A DNA stretch of 51,850 nt, filler included, from Sphacelaria rigidula (GCA_964200075.2; 4 parts of 4 records of this genome joined end to end with filler, not necessarily neighbours in it), one strand, 5' to 3'; numbered from the whole stretch's first letter, positions 23,998 through 38,469 are shown. Translations and numbers: made by a program. The notes: generated by a model from the sequence alone, not told the origin.

Positions 23998-25784
23998 TCA
24001 AAACGTTGCATGGCTTTCTTTTGATCTGGGGGGTTTTCACTCATTTTCGAAACTTTCTGGGTTGTCGAGTTTTCGGATTTCGAACTTTAGAGGATTGCTT
24101 CGGGGGCAGCTGTTATATCTCCAGGGATTGCCCTGGATTTTTCTCCTTTTGTTTCGATATATATTTCAAACTCGTGTGATGGTGAATACCAAACCAAATG
24201 TGATCTTGTTCGAAAAGAGCTTGCGACTTGGCGCATGAACGAGACGTCGCACGATTGGCGCCACCCTTTTCGCACTGGCGACGGGAAACATTGGATTTCG
24301 AGTCATTGCTTTTTGAACGGCATGTAAGATCAAGTTTTTGCAGCTTTCACGCAAAACTATTATCCCGGGGCGTGTTTTTCAGACACATGTTGTGTATTCC
24401 CGGGTTCGCACAAAGCTATTGAACAACTAGTTTCGGAGACGAAAACAGCTGCGCTTAGAGCTCCCAAAAAGACCGGCAATAGTTTCACAAGACTGTTGAA
24501 CTCTAACCCGCAAAACACCCTCCCACGAAGTGACCAGTTGGTATTATTGAGGTGGAGTTCGTGAGGAGAGACAACTCCTCGACAATAACTGGCGTCCACC
24601 CTACTGGCTACTTAACCTACGCACGATGACCTCTACATCAACCCGGAGATCAAACACATGCACCTCATACCCGACATTCACTACCGCAAATGACACTCGT
24701 CTACCACTGACATTGGTTGCTACTAGTGACTCCTTAGCACATTCGGCTACATATAGTCTTCTCGCTTGGGTGCCAGGTGCTTGAGCCCTTGGCGCGATAG
24801 CTCCTGACCGTGCCCACCGTTGTGGCTCACTCTCCAGAATCGGTCGGCGTAATCGAACACTCGCCCATTATTCTTTTTCGCTTCACTAAAGTCCTGGAAC
24901 GTGTAACCTTTGGGGGACAGCTTCAGAGAATGACTGCGCGGCAAGGGGGGCATGTCTCGTCTCAAGGCGGGGTAAGTAAATAAGCGATGCGTGTGGTGAG
25001 CGGTCAAGTAAGAGCTCAACCTGTGGCGTGTCGGACGGCAGCGAAGAATTCGCGAAAAAGTGTGAATCGGCGTCGAGATGTCAGCTACGTCGTTTCTGAA
25101 CGACTGGTCGACTGATCGCATTCGACCCTTGTGAATGGTATCGCTCCTTGCTCGCTTATCTTATGGCCCGACTGTATTACCCTGATCATGTTACCCCGTT
25201 CTCCCCAGCTCGGTTTTGTTCCAAAAGGGATCGTCTTGGTCGTCACTCTGAATATTTGAATGTTTCGGCCACCTCGACCCCCGCCGCTAGGCCTGTTGTA
25301 TCTATTCCAAAAGGGTCCATTTTGCCGGTGCCGTACCAACCGCCGCTGTGTCCGTAAGGTGGGGATCCGAAGATGAGTTACGAGCGTTATAAGCCGCATG
25401 GGTATGAGGCTTCCCGGACTACGTATGTCGCCTGCAGTATGTCGTATTCCCTTTGTATACAGTATCATGAATGTCGTGATCCAGTCAGTGCTTTCATGCA
25501 CGCCCTGGTCACCCACAACGAACACATCCCGGCAGCGAACAGCGAATAAGCGATGATACAGCCATCAGCTCACCCTCGTAAAGACTTCTCCTGAAGTGTC
25601 CTTCGCTCGATGGTACGTGCATCGAGCTCCATCAAACGGGTAAGTGCTGTGGTTACTACGCGAGGACATCTTGTTTGGCATTCGCAGCCTGTAATGTACA
25701 GGACAACCCCTGCACTACTCCCTGGTAGAACCATGGGTCTATGCGCACCCAAAACACTTGACGTGTGATAAGCGAACGCAGAGC

Positions 25785-25785
<1 letters not shown>

Positions 25786-25828
<43 letters not shown>

Positions 25829-25845
25829 ACCCCGCACCCCCGCCC
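25786..25845. repeat. Poly-C tract near the contig end
   Basis: Run of more than 40 C. Confidence 0.9.
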
Positions 25846-25876
25846 TCGGCCAAAACACAAACGACGAAAAAAAACC

Positions 25877-25976
25877 NNNNNNNNNNNNNNNNNNNNNNNN
25901 NNNNNNNNNNNNNNNNNNNNTTAATTAATTAANNNNNNNNNNNNNNNNNNNNNNNNNNNNNNNNNNNNNNNNNNNN
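25877..25976. other. Artificial contig spacer N44-TTAATTAATTAA-N44
   Basis: Identical to 12889-12988. Confidence 0.97.
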
Positions 25977-26140
25977 CGGGAATCGAATCCCCCAACTCAA
26001 CCATCAGAAGGTTACGAGGTTACCAACTGAGCCACCGGGGCATGGATGATAATAAACCCAGATCGCTCCGAGATCTAAACCCCCGACCCGACCGTCAGAA
26101 GGTTTTGAGGTTGCCAACTGAGCCACCAGGGCGACCGGCT
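25977..26140 (-). mobile_element. Two tandem tRNA-derived SINE heads (tRNA-Gln(CTG)-like)
   Basis: Minus strand gccccggTGGCTCAGTTGGtaacctcgtaacc-ttCTGat-ggttgagttgggGGATTCGATTCCc has Pol III A and B boxes and an anticodon-like stem-loop. A second diverged copy lies at ~26065-26140. Confidence 0.75.
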
Positions 26141-28843
26141 TAGGCTCTCGTCGGTGGGAACTTATGTTTCCTCGATGCAAGTTATGTGTGACATATATGC
26201 AGCGCAGGCCGTACGAAAACCTACATATGTGGAACTACGGACAGTACTCCATTTGTCCCACAACACTGCTGTCTTTTGGGGACTTGAAAATGGGAACGAA
26301 CAGCTCGCGACAGTCAAAAGTCATGCATCTACAATATTATAAATGAAACGGAAAATGCCTATAGCCATGCCATCGAAAATATTGGAATACTGTATTGCAT
26401 AAGTAAAAAAAAACATGACTTATTTTTCCTCATCGCAAACCCCGAGACCGCGAGGGTAGTCCATCTGGATCATGCACATGTTTTTCAAGTGAATTGGTGC
26501 TGATTCAACCAAGATTCAACAGGTGACCTACTCGCGTTGTTCAAGGGTAGACTCTTCACCGCCGGAGGTGGCGGTCCAATTGAGTGATCAGCATGACTTT
26601 GACTCGAAAAAGGACTGGAAATGATCCCGACCTGCAAATAACCACGTCAGGCAAACACATGCAGGGTTGGGAACCACCGGATACACGCATCAGTTTCATG
26701 ATCTAGATTTTTCTATCGGTACGCATTTACCCCCGTGTCTTGTCCGTTGAGAGCACGCACAGCGTCCACAAAAGAAAACGTGGATGTTTGTTCCACCTTT
26801 GTGACACAACAGCATTCGTTCGCCGAAATGTCACAAACTGAACTACAGCACACAGCTACAGCACACAGCTGTCATAGTCCGATAACCATGTACTTCTTTA
26901 CTTATGTACTTCATGTAGTCGTCTTGGTAGTTGTAGTCGAAGTAGGACTGGCACCCCCAAAGCGTCCTTCTCGAGACGAAATGGACGCATTGTGCATGGG
27001 TCCTCATTGTTCAGTACAAATTACTTGAAATTCCAACTCAAACACGACGGAGTCCCACATGCCACTGCTGAAAGAAAAGAAAAACGAATACACTACGTCA
27101 GTTCAATTCTGTACATGATATACAACAGCGTTTATCCATGTACTTGGGGACGCCAGAACCGGTTGATCATGACGGGAGGAAGATATTGTGGACCTAGGTC
27201 AGTGACACCAACGAGACCTCGTATGTGTTATTTCTTTCTAGCACTTGCTCGGATTAGGTCGATAGTCTATTCTTGGGGATGTTGGAGGACGCACAGAGAC
27301 TCGTTGGACGTCATCGTGGTCGGTTCTGGCGCACAGTCCAACGTACGCATCGCTTTGAGCTACGATCTCGTTTAGGAGGTTTGAAGTTTGGAACACTTCT
27401 TGTAACGTATTGATTCGGCAAGCCGCCCGCACGTGCAGGTAGGTTGGGAGGTACGCAAACCGGTCATTCATCATGTCGTGCGCGCCGGGGGGCTGTGAAC
27501 GCATTGGGGTGGTACCGTTCAAAAAATTCTGCCAACTGCACTTTACGTACAAGTAGAAGGATGGTGGTACGCTCTATCACGGCCACGCTTTTCCTTCAGG
27601 AAGGAATACCATGCATTGGTTCATACACGACCCCAATTTTTTTGTCGTGGGCAGTCGCCGGGTGAAAACCATCACGAGATTGTTGTGCGGGATTCCCAAG
27701 AGTGGCGGAGCATAGATGTGATCGTATTTCTGAGACGGATCCGAATCGTATTTCTCTCGTCACATGTGAAAAGGCTATCATGCATTTCGCATACATGGCT
27801 CATGCGCGTTGTGTATTTTTTACGAGTCATCTCTAAAATGTCTCGAGAGGCTCTTCTTCACAACCTGTGCTACGAATCGTGCAGTGCTCTGACCGAGGGA
27901 AGGTGTACACATAACTGTACCCCTCGTGCAGCTCGTCACACCGTGTTTCAAAACATGCGGCGCATCTAATTTTGAAGTAAATCAAACGGTACGATTGTTA
28001 CGTGAGAGATGCATACGCATATTCTCGCACATTTGACGCCTCCTGTTTTGTCGACAGCACGTGCCCATAATACTTCACTACATCGTCCGTCATATACTCT
28101 CATCATCACTGTAGTTGTAGTTGTTTCGTGTCAATTCTCTGAAGAAGTGTTCAGATGCTGGCTGTACTGACGTTGTTTGTCTTGATCTCCAATTTCGTTG
28201 GGAAGAAATTCAATGATTGGCCGAGAAAATCGGACTTCATCTGCAGACCAGCACTATAACACGTACGACACACGTACGTCAGATAAAGGAGATGCGTGGA
28301 CGTACATCGGATAGTTGTTGAATGATTGATCCTCACCCTCGACAACTACACAGCTTTTCATATCTTTATTTCCAGCTGTCTGTTTGATGATAATTATGGA
28401 ACTGAACCAAAAACTAGCTACGGACTGGAAACTTTTCGAACTTTCCGCAAATTGTGATTGGTTACAAAACTGACTGTACATGGATGCTGCAGATGCAACA
28501 GTTCAAGTTATAATTCCGAACAGGCATTTTTTGTCCGTACCGCGGAAGATCATTGGGAAAAATGTAAAGCAGCAAATTTTCGAGAGACATCGACATTTTC
28601 TATCTTCTCCTCTTTGGGGGGATCCAGTCGGAAGAGGAGATCCGGTACAAAACCCAACGATCATATATATCATATCATCCGTTCTGCCCCACGCCTGCGG
28701 TACCCTCCCCCACCCGTTTTCACTCAGTCCAACCCGTTCTCTCTCTATCCAGCAGGAACTGCCGCCGTAGCGCAGAGCGAGATAAAAATCACCAGGTACT
28801 CACCTCGCTTTCAGCCACAAGAGGAGTTGGCGACAGCAGGATA

Positions 28844-31800
28844 ATGAAGAACTACACTTCATTATTAGCCTTGAGCCTGGTGAGAGCGTGACTTGCGTCT
28901 TGTTGGTTGGGAGAAACTGACCGTGACCTGTGCTTTTTCCGGGCACAACGCAGTCAGCAACTAGATGGCTCTTGGAAGCAGTACGGTTGTGCAGGTGTAA
29001 AGAGTTGCAAGGCCGTACAGTCGAGTTATGCTGGGATTGAATCCTCAACGTGCGGCACTGGGTGTTGAGATGGTGCGCTCTCTCCTCTCATAACACTCGC
29101 TTGTACCTCAAGTGCGCCGATACAATATCACAACAGTGTCAACACTTGCCTGCAGCGTGCAACGTTTACAAAATCTCTCACAAGTCAAGCCGGGTCCGTC
29201 ACATTTACCCTGCGCTGGTTCAATTCAAGTCCAAGTCGGAAATTATTTTGTGCTCGCCACAAGTTTACATGCATCGTGACCTATGCCACCCGGAATGGCT
29301 TCTGAGTTGAAGAGAACTTGCGAGCGCAGTGCTCATTGTCCATCCTTTCTTGGTGCATAAACTTGTCTGTGAGGTAGATTTCACGTCGTGGAGTACTGTT
29401 GTCCTCTCCAAAACGAAGTGGAAGTTCACGAATCCCGTTTTTGAGGTGTGAGCTCATCCGGGTCTGTGTACATATGTCGAGTGGAAGTGATGCCGATTCG
29501 ACAAACGACCCCCACCGCGGTGCCAGTACATTCGGATACCTTTGGATCACGCATTCCTTTTTCAAGTGAAAATTGATGCCGATTCAGCAGGTGACCCACC
29601 CTCGCGGTCAAGAGGTTAACCCGAGATGGTCTCGTGCGTTCTCGTGGAGCATGTCTGTATCCCATGCCTTCGCAAGCTTCAGCGCAGTCGTAATTGTTGC
29701 AGAGCGTCGCTACTGGTTTGCATTTGATAACAGCTACCTGGTCTGTTGGATGTTTCTTGCGTTCTCAAACTGTCCACATCAAACGAGATTGAGGGGCCCT
29801 TTTTGCCTGGCCCGTCTTTCGTGAGAGGGAACACAATCCACGAACTGTACGGTTGCAATTTCCCGGCCTTTTCCGTCACCACGGCAGCCCCGACCCACGG
29901 CAGCTTCGACAGCCCGCTGGTTTGCTCCAGCGCACCGAGGAATTATATGAAATATTTGGCATGATGTGGGTCCAGCATCACCACCCCGTACATAAGCATC
30001 GAGTACGGTCGGATTGCGTCAACAAAACTCCCTAGACACTTGAAACCCTCAAGTAAGGTCACAAGAGCTCAACGCACATCGTATCTTTGACTGTTCTTCT
30101 CTTGTGTTGAATTTCGTCGCAGCTGGCTGGCTCGGCAGTTGCCGTAGAGTACACGATAGAGGCGGGGGCAGACTTCGAGGCAGAATGCCTGCTGAAGGTA
30201 CAACCCGGAGACAGCTGCTACCTGGAGAAGGGTGACTATCTCCATGACGGCCTAACGAGGACTCACGGTACTGAAGACAAGCGCATCACCATCACCGGTA
30301 GCTCGGACGCTTGCGTCAAAGGTTCCAACACGCAAGACCGCGCGTTCCAAATCGCGCACAGCTACTACACCATCGAGAACATCTGCTTCGATGGAGAGCA
30401 TGGCAATGAGAACGTCGCCACTGCTATTTACATCATGGGCGCCGACAGGAGGTCGGACCACACACACAACGGTAAGACGAGCTCCACGTCCGTGACGGGA
30501 ACCATTCTCAGCAATCTAGAAATCAAGAACTTCGGCGAAGAATGTGTTCACTTCAGGTACTTCGTAACGTGGACCGAGGTGGTTGGGTGCACGATCCAGA
30601 ACTGCGGTATCGAAGCATTCGAGAATGGAGAGGGCGGAAAGGTCGGAGAGGCTATATATCTGGGGACCGCCCTTTCTCAGGTCAAGGACAACAAGGTGAG
30701 GAGGGAGTGACGATTATATTCAGATGTAAGCAAATGTTGCGCTGTGTACATCAATGTACACGAGGTACACAAGCACCGGAATAATTGCAGTGCTGGCTGT
30801 TGTGTGGAGGCCAGTCATGGGCGATCAATTCGACAGTATTTTGGACGGTAGCCGACGTGGACGTGGGGGTACAAACGGGAGAGCAACGAGACTACTGGGA
30901 TTCCACGTGAAGCTTGGTGTCGGAGCAACCACAGACATCTGTAGTCTCGGCTGCTTCATTTTATGGCCCCACCCCCAGGTGCACCTCAATAACAACGGTC
31001 CAGTCATGTACTTGTGCGACCAACAACAGATGATTACAGTACACCCACTTGATGATTTTATTGGCTGATGTTGCGGAGGGCTCGGTCGATTTGCACAGAT
31101 ATTAACTCCTTACCAAGCAAATGTATTAGACCGCATGGTGCCGGTCTTCTTCACCCGGGCCAAAATTTATTTTTTCTCGCTGAACTCTATACGCCTTCGC
31201 CGTCTCGTGCAGGCTCCGGAAGTAAAGCTGCGGACAGGCAGTGCCGACAACGTTGACTACGATGTGTGCGCATACAACTGGATCCACCACAACACGTTCC
31301 GCACATATGCCAACGAGTGTGTCGACGTTAAAGAGGGCAGCGAGAACAACCTTATCGAGTACAACATATGCGAGGAGCAGAAGGACGAGAACTCTGGATG
31401 TTTCGGATTCCGGGGCTCGCACAACACTGCCCGATTCAACGATATCGCCAACTGCGAGGGTGCCGGTGTGCGCGTGGGCGGAGACAAAGTCGGCAGCACC
31501 ACTTTCGGCATGGGGAACCACATGTACGGCAACACAATCAAGAACACTGGAAATGGCGCTTTCAACGTGATGAGACCAGAGCAGGGTGCTGTCTGTGAGA
31601 ACACCATCAGCGGCGCCACCGCGGTGAGCACGTTTTGTGTAGGGTTGGGTGGATGCCGTCAACCATGCCATTACCGAGATTAGGTCACCTGCCGAATGTA
31701 TCAATTTCACTCGAAAACAAACTTCGTGATGTAGATGAACCGCCCTCGCCGTCCAGGAGTTGATTCGTTTCCCCCGCAGATTTCGATATAGTGAAGTGAA

Positions 31801-34800
31801 TGAACCCTTGAACCGCGAGGTTAGTCTTCTTTTGAATCGGCATCAATTTCAAGTGGAACAAAATATGCATGATCCAGAAACACCAATCTCGCGGTCTGAG
31901 GGTTGAGCATCCGTTTGTAGATCGTTCATCTTCCCGTCACAGCATGACCGGTAGAGCTGACGCTTGGCTTGTGCAGAATTCTGAGCTGAGAAGCATGTCC
32001 ATCATCCCGTCGACCTCATATTCATGTTCGATATGTGCCGTAGGCCGTTTGTGCGGTGATCTCGCACATGACGCGGGGAGGCGTGTGAAGCAAGAAGAGA
32101 CATACATCGAGACCACCGAACGCAACGTTTCGGGGAAATATGCACAAGAAGTACTCGGAAAGGAAATGAAACGGAGAACCACGTGTTGAGCGAGGTGGTA
32201 GACTCGCACTACTCACCGCAGACTGTTGTACCACCATTGTACCACTCATCACAATATATTCATGGTACTCCCACCTCAAGGAGACAGCAGCCGAATCTAG
32301 TGTCTACCGTCCTCTCTCGACTCTTAGTTTCGTTTCCAGCTTGTAGCGGTTTGCTTGTTCACTCGGGTGAATATCCAACTGCTTGACGGGGAGGGAAGGC
32401 CACGTGGATGGTGTTTTGATTTTCCCAAGTGAATTTGACTCGGATTCAGCAGATAGACCTGCCCTGACGGTCGAAGGGTTGATCTGGTGAGGCTCTTTTA
32501 ACTGACTGGTGCAAATCTCATATCTATTAATACCCGCCAAAAATCTCCCGCTATTCACACGATGAAAAGTCGACTCCTTTTCCCGCTCTGCTTCCATCTC
32601 CCATACGAGAGCTACGCTATGAAGTCAAGTACCTCCCTCGTATTTTGTACTCAATAGCTACTTGTCAAGGCCCGCGAGGGCGTGGGAGTACTCTTGGTAA
32701 TCACGGGTTCATCGTATTTTCCCCACGAACTTGGGGCGGGAAGGAGCTGTTTTCATCGCTACAGCAAGGAAAAGGGACTCGGAAAAACGCCGGCTTTAAA
32801 TAAATGAATCACCGCATATTTTTTCATGAACTCGACAAATGCGACGTGTGTAGCACACCGCGCTCGTCACTTTCCTGATGGCGCGCTCTCAATCATCAGT
32901 CCGGAATATGCGCTAGTCCACAGGGGCACCACCTATTCGAAGCGCTGTGTGAGTCCTTTCCCTCCGACGGAGAACGTGAGTCATTTTTTAATAATGATGC
33001 GAAACCGTCGTTGAATAATTGACACTCTCATGAGAACAGTACGATATACCACGGTGATCCACCTTCGCGCGAGTTATTTTGCACAAATAACGCGTAGAGC
33101 AGTGCAGCGAGAGAACCGATCTCCTGGAGACGTAAATCTGGAGAGGTATTTCTGACATTTCTCCCGAGGGTGGGCGATGTGGGTAGCATGCACATTCTGA
33201 AGGTGAAATAGATGCCGTTCCCACACATGACCTGCCTCAGCGGCAAGGAGGTTGGAGACCCTTATGACCTCTTCTACGTACAACAAAAACCGAGGTTAAC
33301 ATGAAATCAGTACCTATGCTTGCCCTGCCGGGACAAAATAATGTTTTTGTGTCGTACGTTTCTTAATGGCCGCCGTGTGATCGGTCCGTGCAAGTCACGA
33401 GGCCCCGTGGGTCTTCCGGACGTACCAAGAGGGGAAATCGACTGGCAGTGGAGGGGGGTGCATGGGCCGCGTTCACCCAAAAGAAGTATAACGAGTCACT
33501 CGGACAGGAATGGACAACGACGGTGCTTCCAACAAGAATCTGGCGGAGTTTATTTGATCCAATCTGCGTCGTATTTGACCCAAAAATTCGACCCCATTTG
33601 AGCCGTTTTCAACTCTGTCTCTCCCGTCAAATTCCCAGGCTGATGACGGTTATCACGATTTGAATCGTGTGGAGATTCGGTGGAAATTGGGCTTGGAATT
33701 CGTGTCTTCAATTTCGGACCAAATTGAAAGGCGCTGACGTGATCGATTGACGAAATAACTGTACATTCATCGGAGAGCATTTGAAATGATTTGCCCAAGC
33801 CGGCACGTCCCGGCTTCAGTTTATTCGAAGGGAGACATGAATGTGATTGCCGCAGGGGCACGTGGAAAGGCGGGATACATGACCCACCCTAACCGTGGAA
33901 TAGAGACCCCTGTTGCCCCACGAGCTGAAACCGTACATCTGAGTTATACCCCGAGACAATCCTAGACGTGAATCTCTCCAACCTCGGGTTTTTTATTTTT
34001 CAATGCCACCTAGAGAAATGTTGATACGTTGGGATGATACAAATGTTGGGTCGGAACTTCAGCGCCCAACACAACGATCGCCAAAATACGTTCTAAAATT
34101 ATCGTCAGCTGGCCCAGCCTTTATCCACCCTCAAGGTGATGATGAGACCCAACGTTTCATCCAATCTATTTTCAGGTGCGGGGTGAGTACTAGGTCATGT
34201 ACATCTGATCTAGCAAGCAAAATGTGTCGCGATAGAAAGCTTCCAACAGCATGCGGCGACCGGCGGGCCGCCCGCCACCTGTGCCGTTGAGTGACCCTAC
34301 CCTCCCCATCACCTTCCAAAATAGCCCCTTGTGGTCGGGGCGGGCCGCCGTTCTCCTCTTTGTCGCATGTGAAATTCTCCTCGAAGGGTATCGGCGTTTC
34401 GGCGCACACATACATAACGGTGCAGTGTAGCACGCCTCTTTCACTGCAGCAGCAGCTGCCGCCGCATACTCCTTTGCACGTTCTCGGCAATCGTCAGCGA
34501 CGGATATCAGCAGCCTATACACAGCCTCTGTCCTGGTGTACTTCCGATGTTTAAGTATAGGCTGGCGACGCCAAAAAACTCGGTGGAGATCGCGGGAAAA
34601 ACCATGCACGAGTGCACTCGTTTTGATGAGATTGACCCGGGTGTGATCACGCGGAACAGTGCACACAAGCGCACGCAACGGTGCCGAAGTTGTGAACACG
34701 GACATGATCATTGACAAGATGCAAGACACAACCCTGCCGCAAGCTTGGCTCTTCAGACTGCAGAGTGTCGGACTCCACATACACATGATCCCATTTATCA

Positions 34801-36079
34801 TCACCCCTGTGCTTGTGGGGTCCTGTCGGTACACGTCATTACACCGGTGACGGAAGATGTCACACCCAATGCACGACCTCACACCAGTGTATCTTATGCA
34901 ACCTACTGTGATTCGTCCATTACGCTTGTAAATATCATTCCTCGTCTTCAGGCGGAGGGAGCTTACAAGGACGAAGCGAACTTCGTGCTCGATATGTCGA
35001 CTGGCGAGTGTGAGGAGTACCCGGGCGATCTCGGAGACACTGCCTCTGCTTCGCCCAATTCGGTGGGAACCGGAGTCAACGCCGCCTTTCAGGATAGCGC
35101 ACCCCAGGAGGAGGAAATCCCCATCGAAACGACCGCGTCGGAGGGCACGCCGGGCCTCGGACAGTGCAGTACCGTGCTCAAGGTGAGCGACGTCGAGGTC
35201 CAGCACTCCCAGTACATTGACCACGACCCGGAGAACCTGTTCGATAAGGATCTCACCGAATACTTCTCAGTCAACCGCGAGACCACCGAGATTACGTTCG
35301 AGCTCGAGGACGAGCAGGAGGTGAACGGTATCGCGATCGGCTTCTTCATGAACGATGAGAGCGAGGAGCGGATCCAGAGGTTCAGCGTCAGCCTCAGGAA
35401 GGAAGATGACGACGACTGGACGACGGTCGTCGCCGACGCTGAATCAAGCGGCTCGATGGACATTCAGACCTTCCCCTTCTCGACCCGCACAGCCAAGTTT
35501 ATCCGCTTCGAATCCCACGGCAACAGCTACAACAACTGGACCGCGCTCACCGAGGTTGAGATCTGCGGTCCTGCTGCTGCCGTTGAATCCAACGCTCTCT
35601 TCGGTGGAGTAGAGGCTGTTGCCAAGGACGTCGGGAAGCTCAACGCTGACCTCGCCTTGTGCCCTGTACCGAGGCAGCTCGCCCCGAGGAAGGTCTATTT
35701 GCAGGGCGCGGCCGGAAACGTGAAGGACCTGTTCGATGGGAACTTCCAGACCCGCTGGAGCACGGAGAACACCCACTACGTTGACGATTTGAACAATGAC
35801 CAGGTCCACGTCGTCCTCCACGGTGACAGCTACCTCAGCCACGTGAACATCGCCTTCTTCGATGGCGATCTCGCCCACCAGTGGTTCAGCATCTACACTA
35901 AGTCTGCCGCGGCTGACGAGTGGACCAAGAACCGTTTTAACGAAACCGCGGCGCGCGTCGAGACGCTCCAGACTTTCCACACCGACACCGACCGTGTGAC
36001 GGACGTGTACGTGGTGGCAAGGGGTAACGATGTCGGACTCTTCACCAAGTTGTCTGAAATAGAGCTTTGGGGATGCTAA
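28844..36079 (+). CDS. Secreted 715-aa right-handed beta-helix (pectin-lyase-fold, PL31-like) protein with two C-terminal F5/8 type C (CBM32-like) domains; join(28844..28879,30123..30695,31213..31623,34952..36079)
   Basis: All introns are GT-AG and phase 0. Signal peptide MKNYTSLLALSLLAGSAVA|VEY. Beta-helix repeats (NWIHHNTF, NNLIEYNI, NHMYGNTI) and motifs GEAIYLGT and NECVDVKEG. Two discoidin repeats (PENLFDKDL...FIRFESHGNSYNNWTALTEVEI; DLFDGNFQTRWS...TKLSEIELWG). Strong C/G-ending codon bias. Confidence 0.9.
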
Positions 36080-38469
36080 TCCAGTGTGTACTTTGAGAGG
36101 AAGATGTTAGCTTGAGTTTTTTTCTCCTCTTGTCCAAGAGAGGTCTGTGATGGGTGCGGTCGTGTATTTAGTGGGGAGTGGCGAGAAAAGCGCAATACTC
36201 TCTCCGTTTTATTTTGTGCCTCAAAATTTTATTTCAGGGTTGGGTGTTTTCACTTCATTTTACCATGTACTGTAAAAGTGACCCGTGTCCTGTTTTTCTA
36301 GTTGCCCGTGGACGCATGTAATTGTGAAGTGTATCCCGACTTCATTCCGTTCGTGACGACTTGGGCTTCCATGGAGCTGCGATTGATCATATCAGGGTAC
36401 GTTGTTGGTTTTCTCGTTCTTGAGTAGTGTGGATGTTGTGACTTGGAAAATGATCCATCGAACGAACTGTCTCCAAGGTGTCACGGCTGTGAGGCGGGCA
36501 TACATGAGACAGGACTTCTGTGTCAAGCGGTGCGGTCTAGTTCAAGTCGGAGTACACATCACGAGTGGACGCTCCTTGGTATATTGTGTCAAATCTTTTT
36601 CTAGTGTACGTACGGTAGAAGCGTGGGATCGGTGTTATTATTGGATGAGAGAAGGGGTCGACCGTTGATTGATTTTGTTGGCTGTGTACATTGCAAAGCT
36701 GTCCGTGAAGCCCATGCGTGTACACGTTGGTATAACCGCTTTTGTTGTTTCTTCGCTTAGGTGAAAGTGTCAGGTTTACTGCATGTTCGGTATGCTGATG
36801 CAGCAGCGCTTTTGTGGGATAGAACCCCGACGTGAAATAAGAACGATCATCAGGTGTGTTAATCTGGTGTACCGAACAACAAACGTTTGATGCCGCACGA
36901 GGCAGTATTGCAACCTCGGAGTAGTACGTGCAAACTTCCGAGTATATACATAAAAATATCTCCCTTGCAGTAATTTTGCAATTGTTGTTCCAGTCAAATG
37001 TAAACGTGTAGAGTTTGGTGATCAAGTTGATTGTGGGTGTTGGAAACTATACGACCGAAAGATCAGACGAGAAAATCAAATGTCCCCGCTCTTCTTCTGC
37101 TATCTTTCAGTGACGGCGTTCCTGGGCGAGCGAACTCGAAATTTCCCTCTTCGTGTTGGAAATGAACTTTTGTTGTGGATGCCCTTCTTTTTTGAGAACG
37201 AGTCATCTTTGTTCTCGACCAACTTCAGAAGATTGTTCGTCTAAATCGTCCCTACTGCTTTACTGCTTCTTTTTCTTCACATTGCGAGAGGAACAAGCGT
37301 ATCATCCTTGTGCGGCCAATCCAAACTGGCGATTGCCCGGTTGAACGCCGCTCTCCTACTCTGGAATAATGAAAATGATCTTTATTTTGGCACCCTAAAA
37401 TGAGCATTTTCAAGGAAAATTTAACACGCAAATCCGTTCAAAATCCCCGTTTGTTCCTTCTGTACATTCTTTTCTGTACCGAACGGGGAAAACAACCATC
37501 AGAAAGACTCGTGAGAGCTTGCAGCCGGAGACGGCGGTGTGATGTTCACCACGCTCAAGACGGGTGGGGAATCCGCTCCCGGGCCTGTTCAGCTCGTACT
37601 AAACTTCTGCACACTCTGGATGTAATAGTATCCATGAGAGGGTGTACCTCGAGTACCTCAAGCCGCACGCCTCGGCGACCCGGGACGTGAGATTGTAGGT
37701 GGTGCGTTACACTTTCGTGGCGATTTGGTGTTTTTCTCACAGCGCTGTAGTCACACAACTCGACCTCCCGCCTAGACGAAGTAGCATGATCCAGATGGAA
37801 TACTATGCATCTTGATAATCGATGGCGAGATAATGGATGGCGAGGGAAAGGGACTGCTGAACCCCTTGTAATGGAAAGTAAATAACCAGCACTGCACAAT
37901 GAAGGTGGAGAAGAAGAGCAGTGAAGACTCCTGTGTAGGTCTTCCCGTTATTTCTCCACAGCTGGTGCGTCCATATATATCTAAGAGAAGGTGTAGACGT
38001 GCGTCCAAAGTAAACGGGAAGTCAACGCAGACACGCTCATGATGTGATACATGCCCCAGTCAGATGGCCATTGACTTCGCATCCCTACAATGCTGTAACG
38101 GTGCGCGCCGAGTTTTGTTCACTATCAGTCAAGTTCGGCGAGCCGCAGACGGGTACGAGGTGCATCTATGATCATTCAGCCCGAAGTGTACTGGTCATCT
38201 TGCATTTGGATGACACATGACTATCTCCTTTGCGCGGAATTGAGGTCTTCTCCTCACCAAGTGATCAACAGTAGCCGAGCAGTAGCTCGACCATCATGGT
38301 GAAAAGAAAAAAAACGCAGGTGCGCAACAAGAAGCGATATCCTGGTCGCTTAGCTTACCCCGTGAGGGGCGTGTTTCACAGCGTTACCGCCAACCGCAGC
38401 CAACCCCGTAGGAGTCTGTCCCTAAACAAAGCCGGAACGGAGCACGCCGGGTTTTCACCGGACCAGCGG

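Noticed and set aside
24747-25525. Retroelement RNase H or other coding remnant
   Set aside because: No convincing motif could be identified by eye.
25977-26041. Functional tRNA-Gln gene
   Set aside because: It has a diverged tandem partner, a weak D-arm and is truncated at the contig edge; a SINE head fits better.
34190-35980. Minus-strand ORFs of 344 and 178 aa (also 31126-31710)
   Set aside because: Antisense shadows of GC3-biased plus-strand exons; no motifs.
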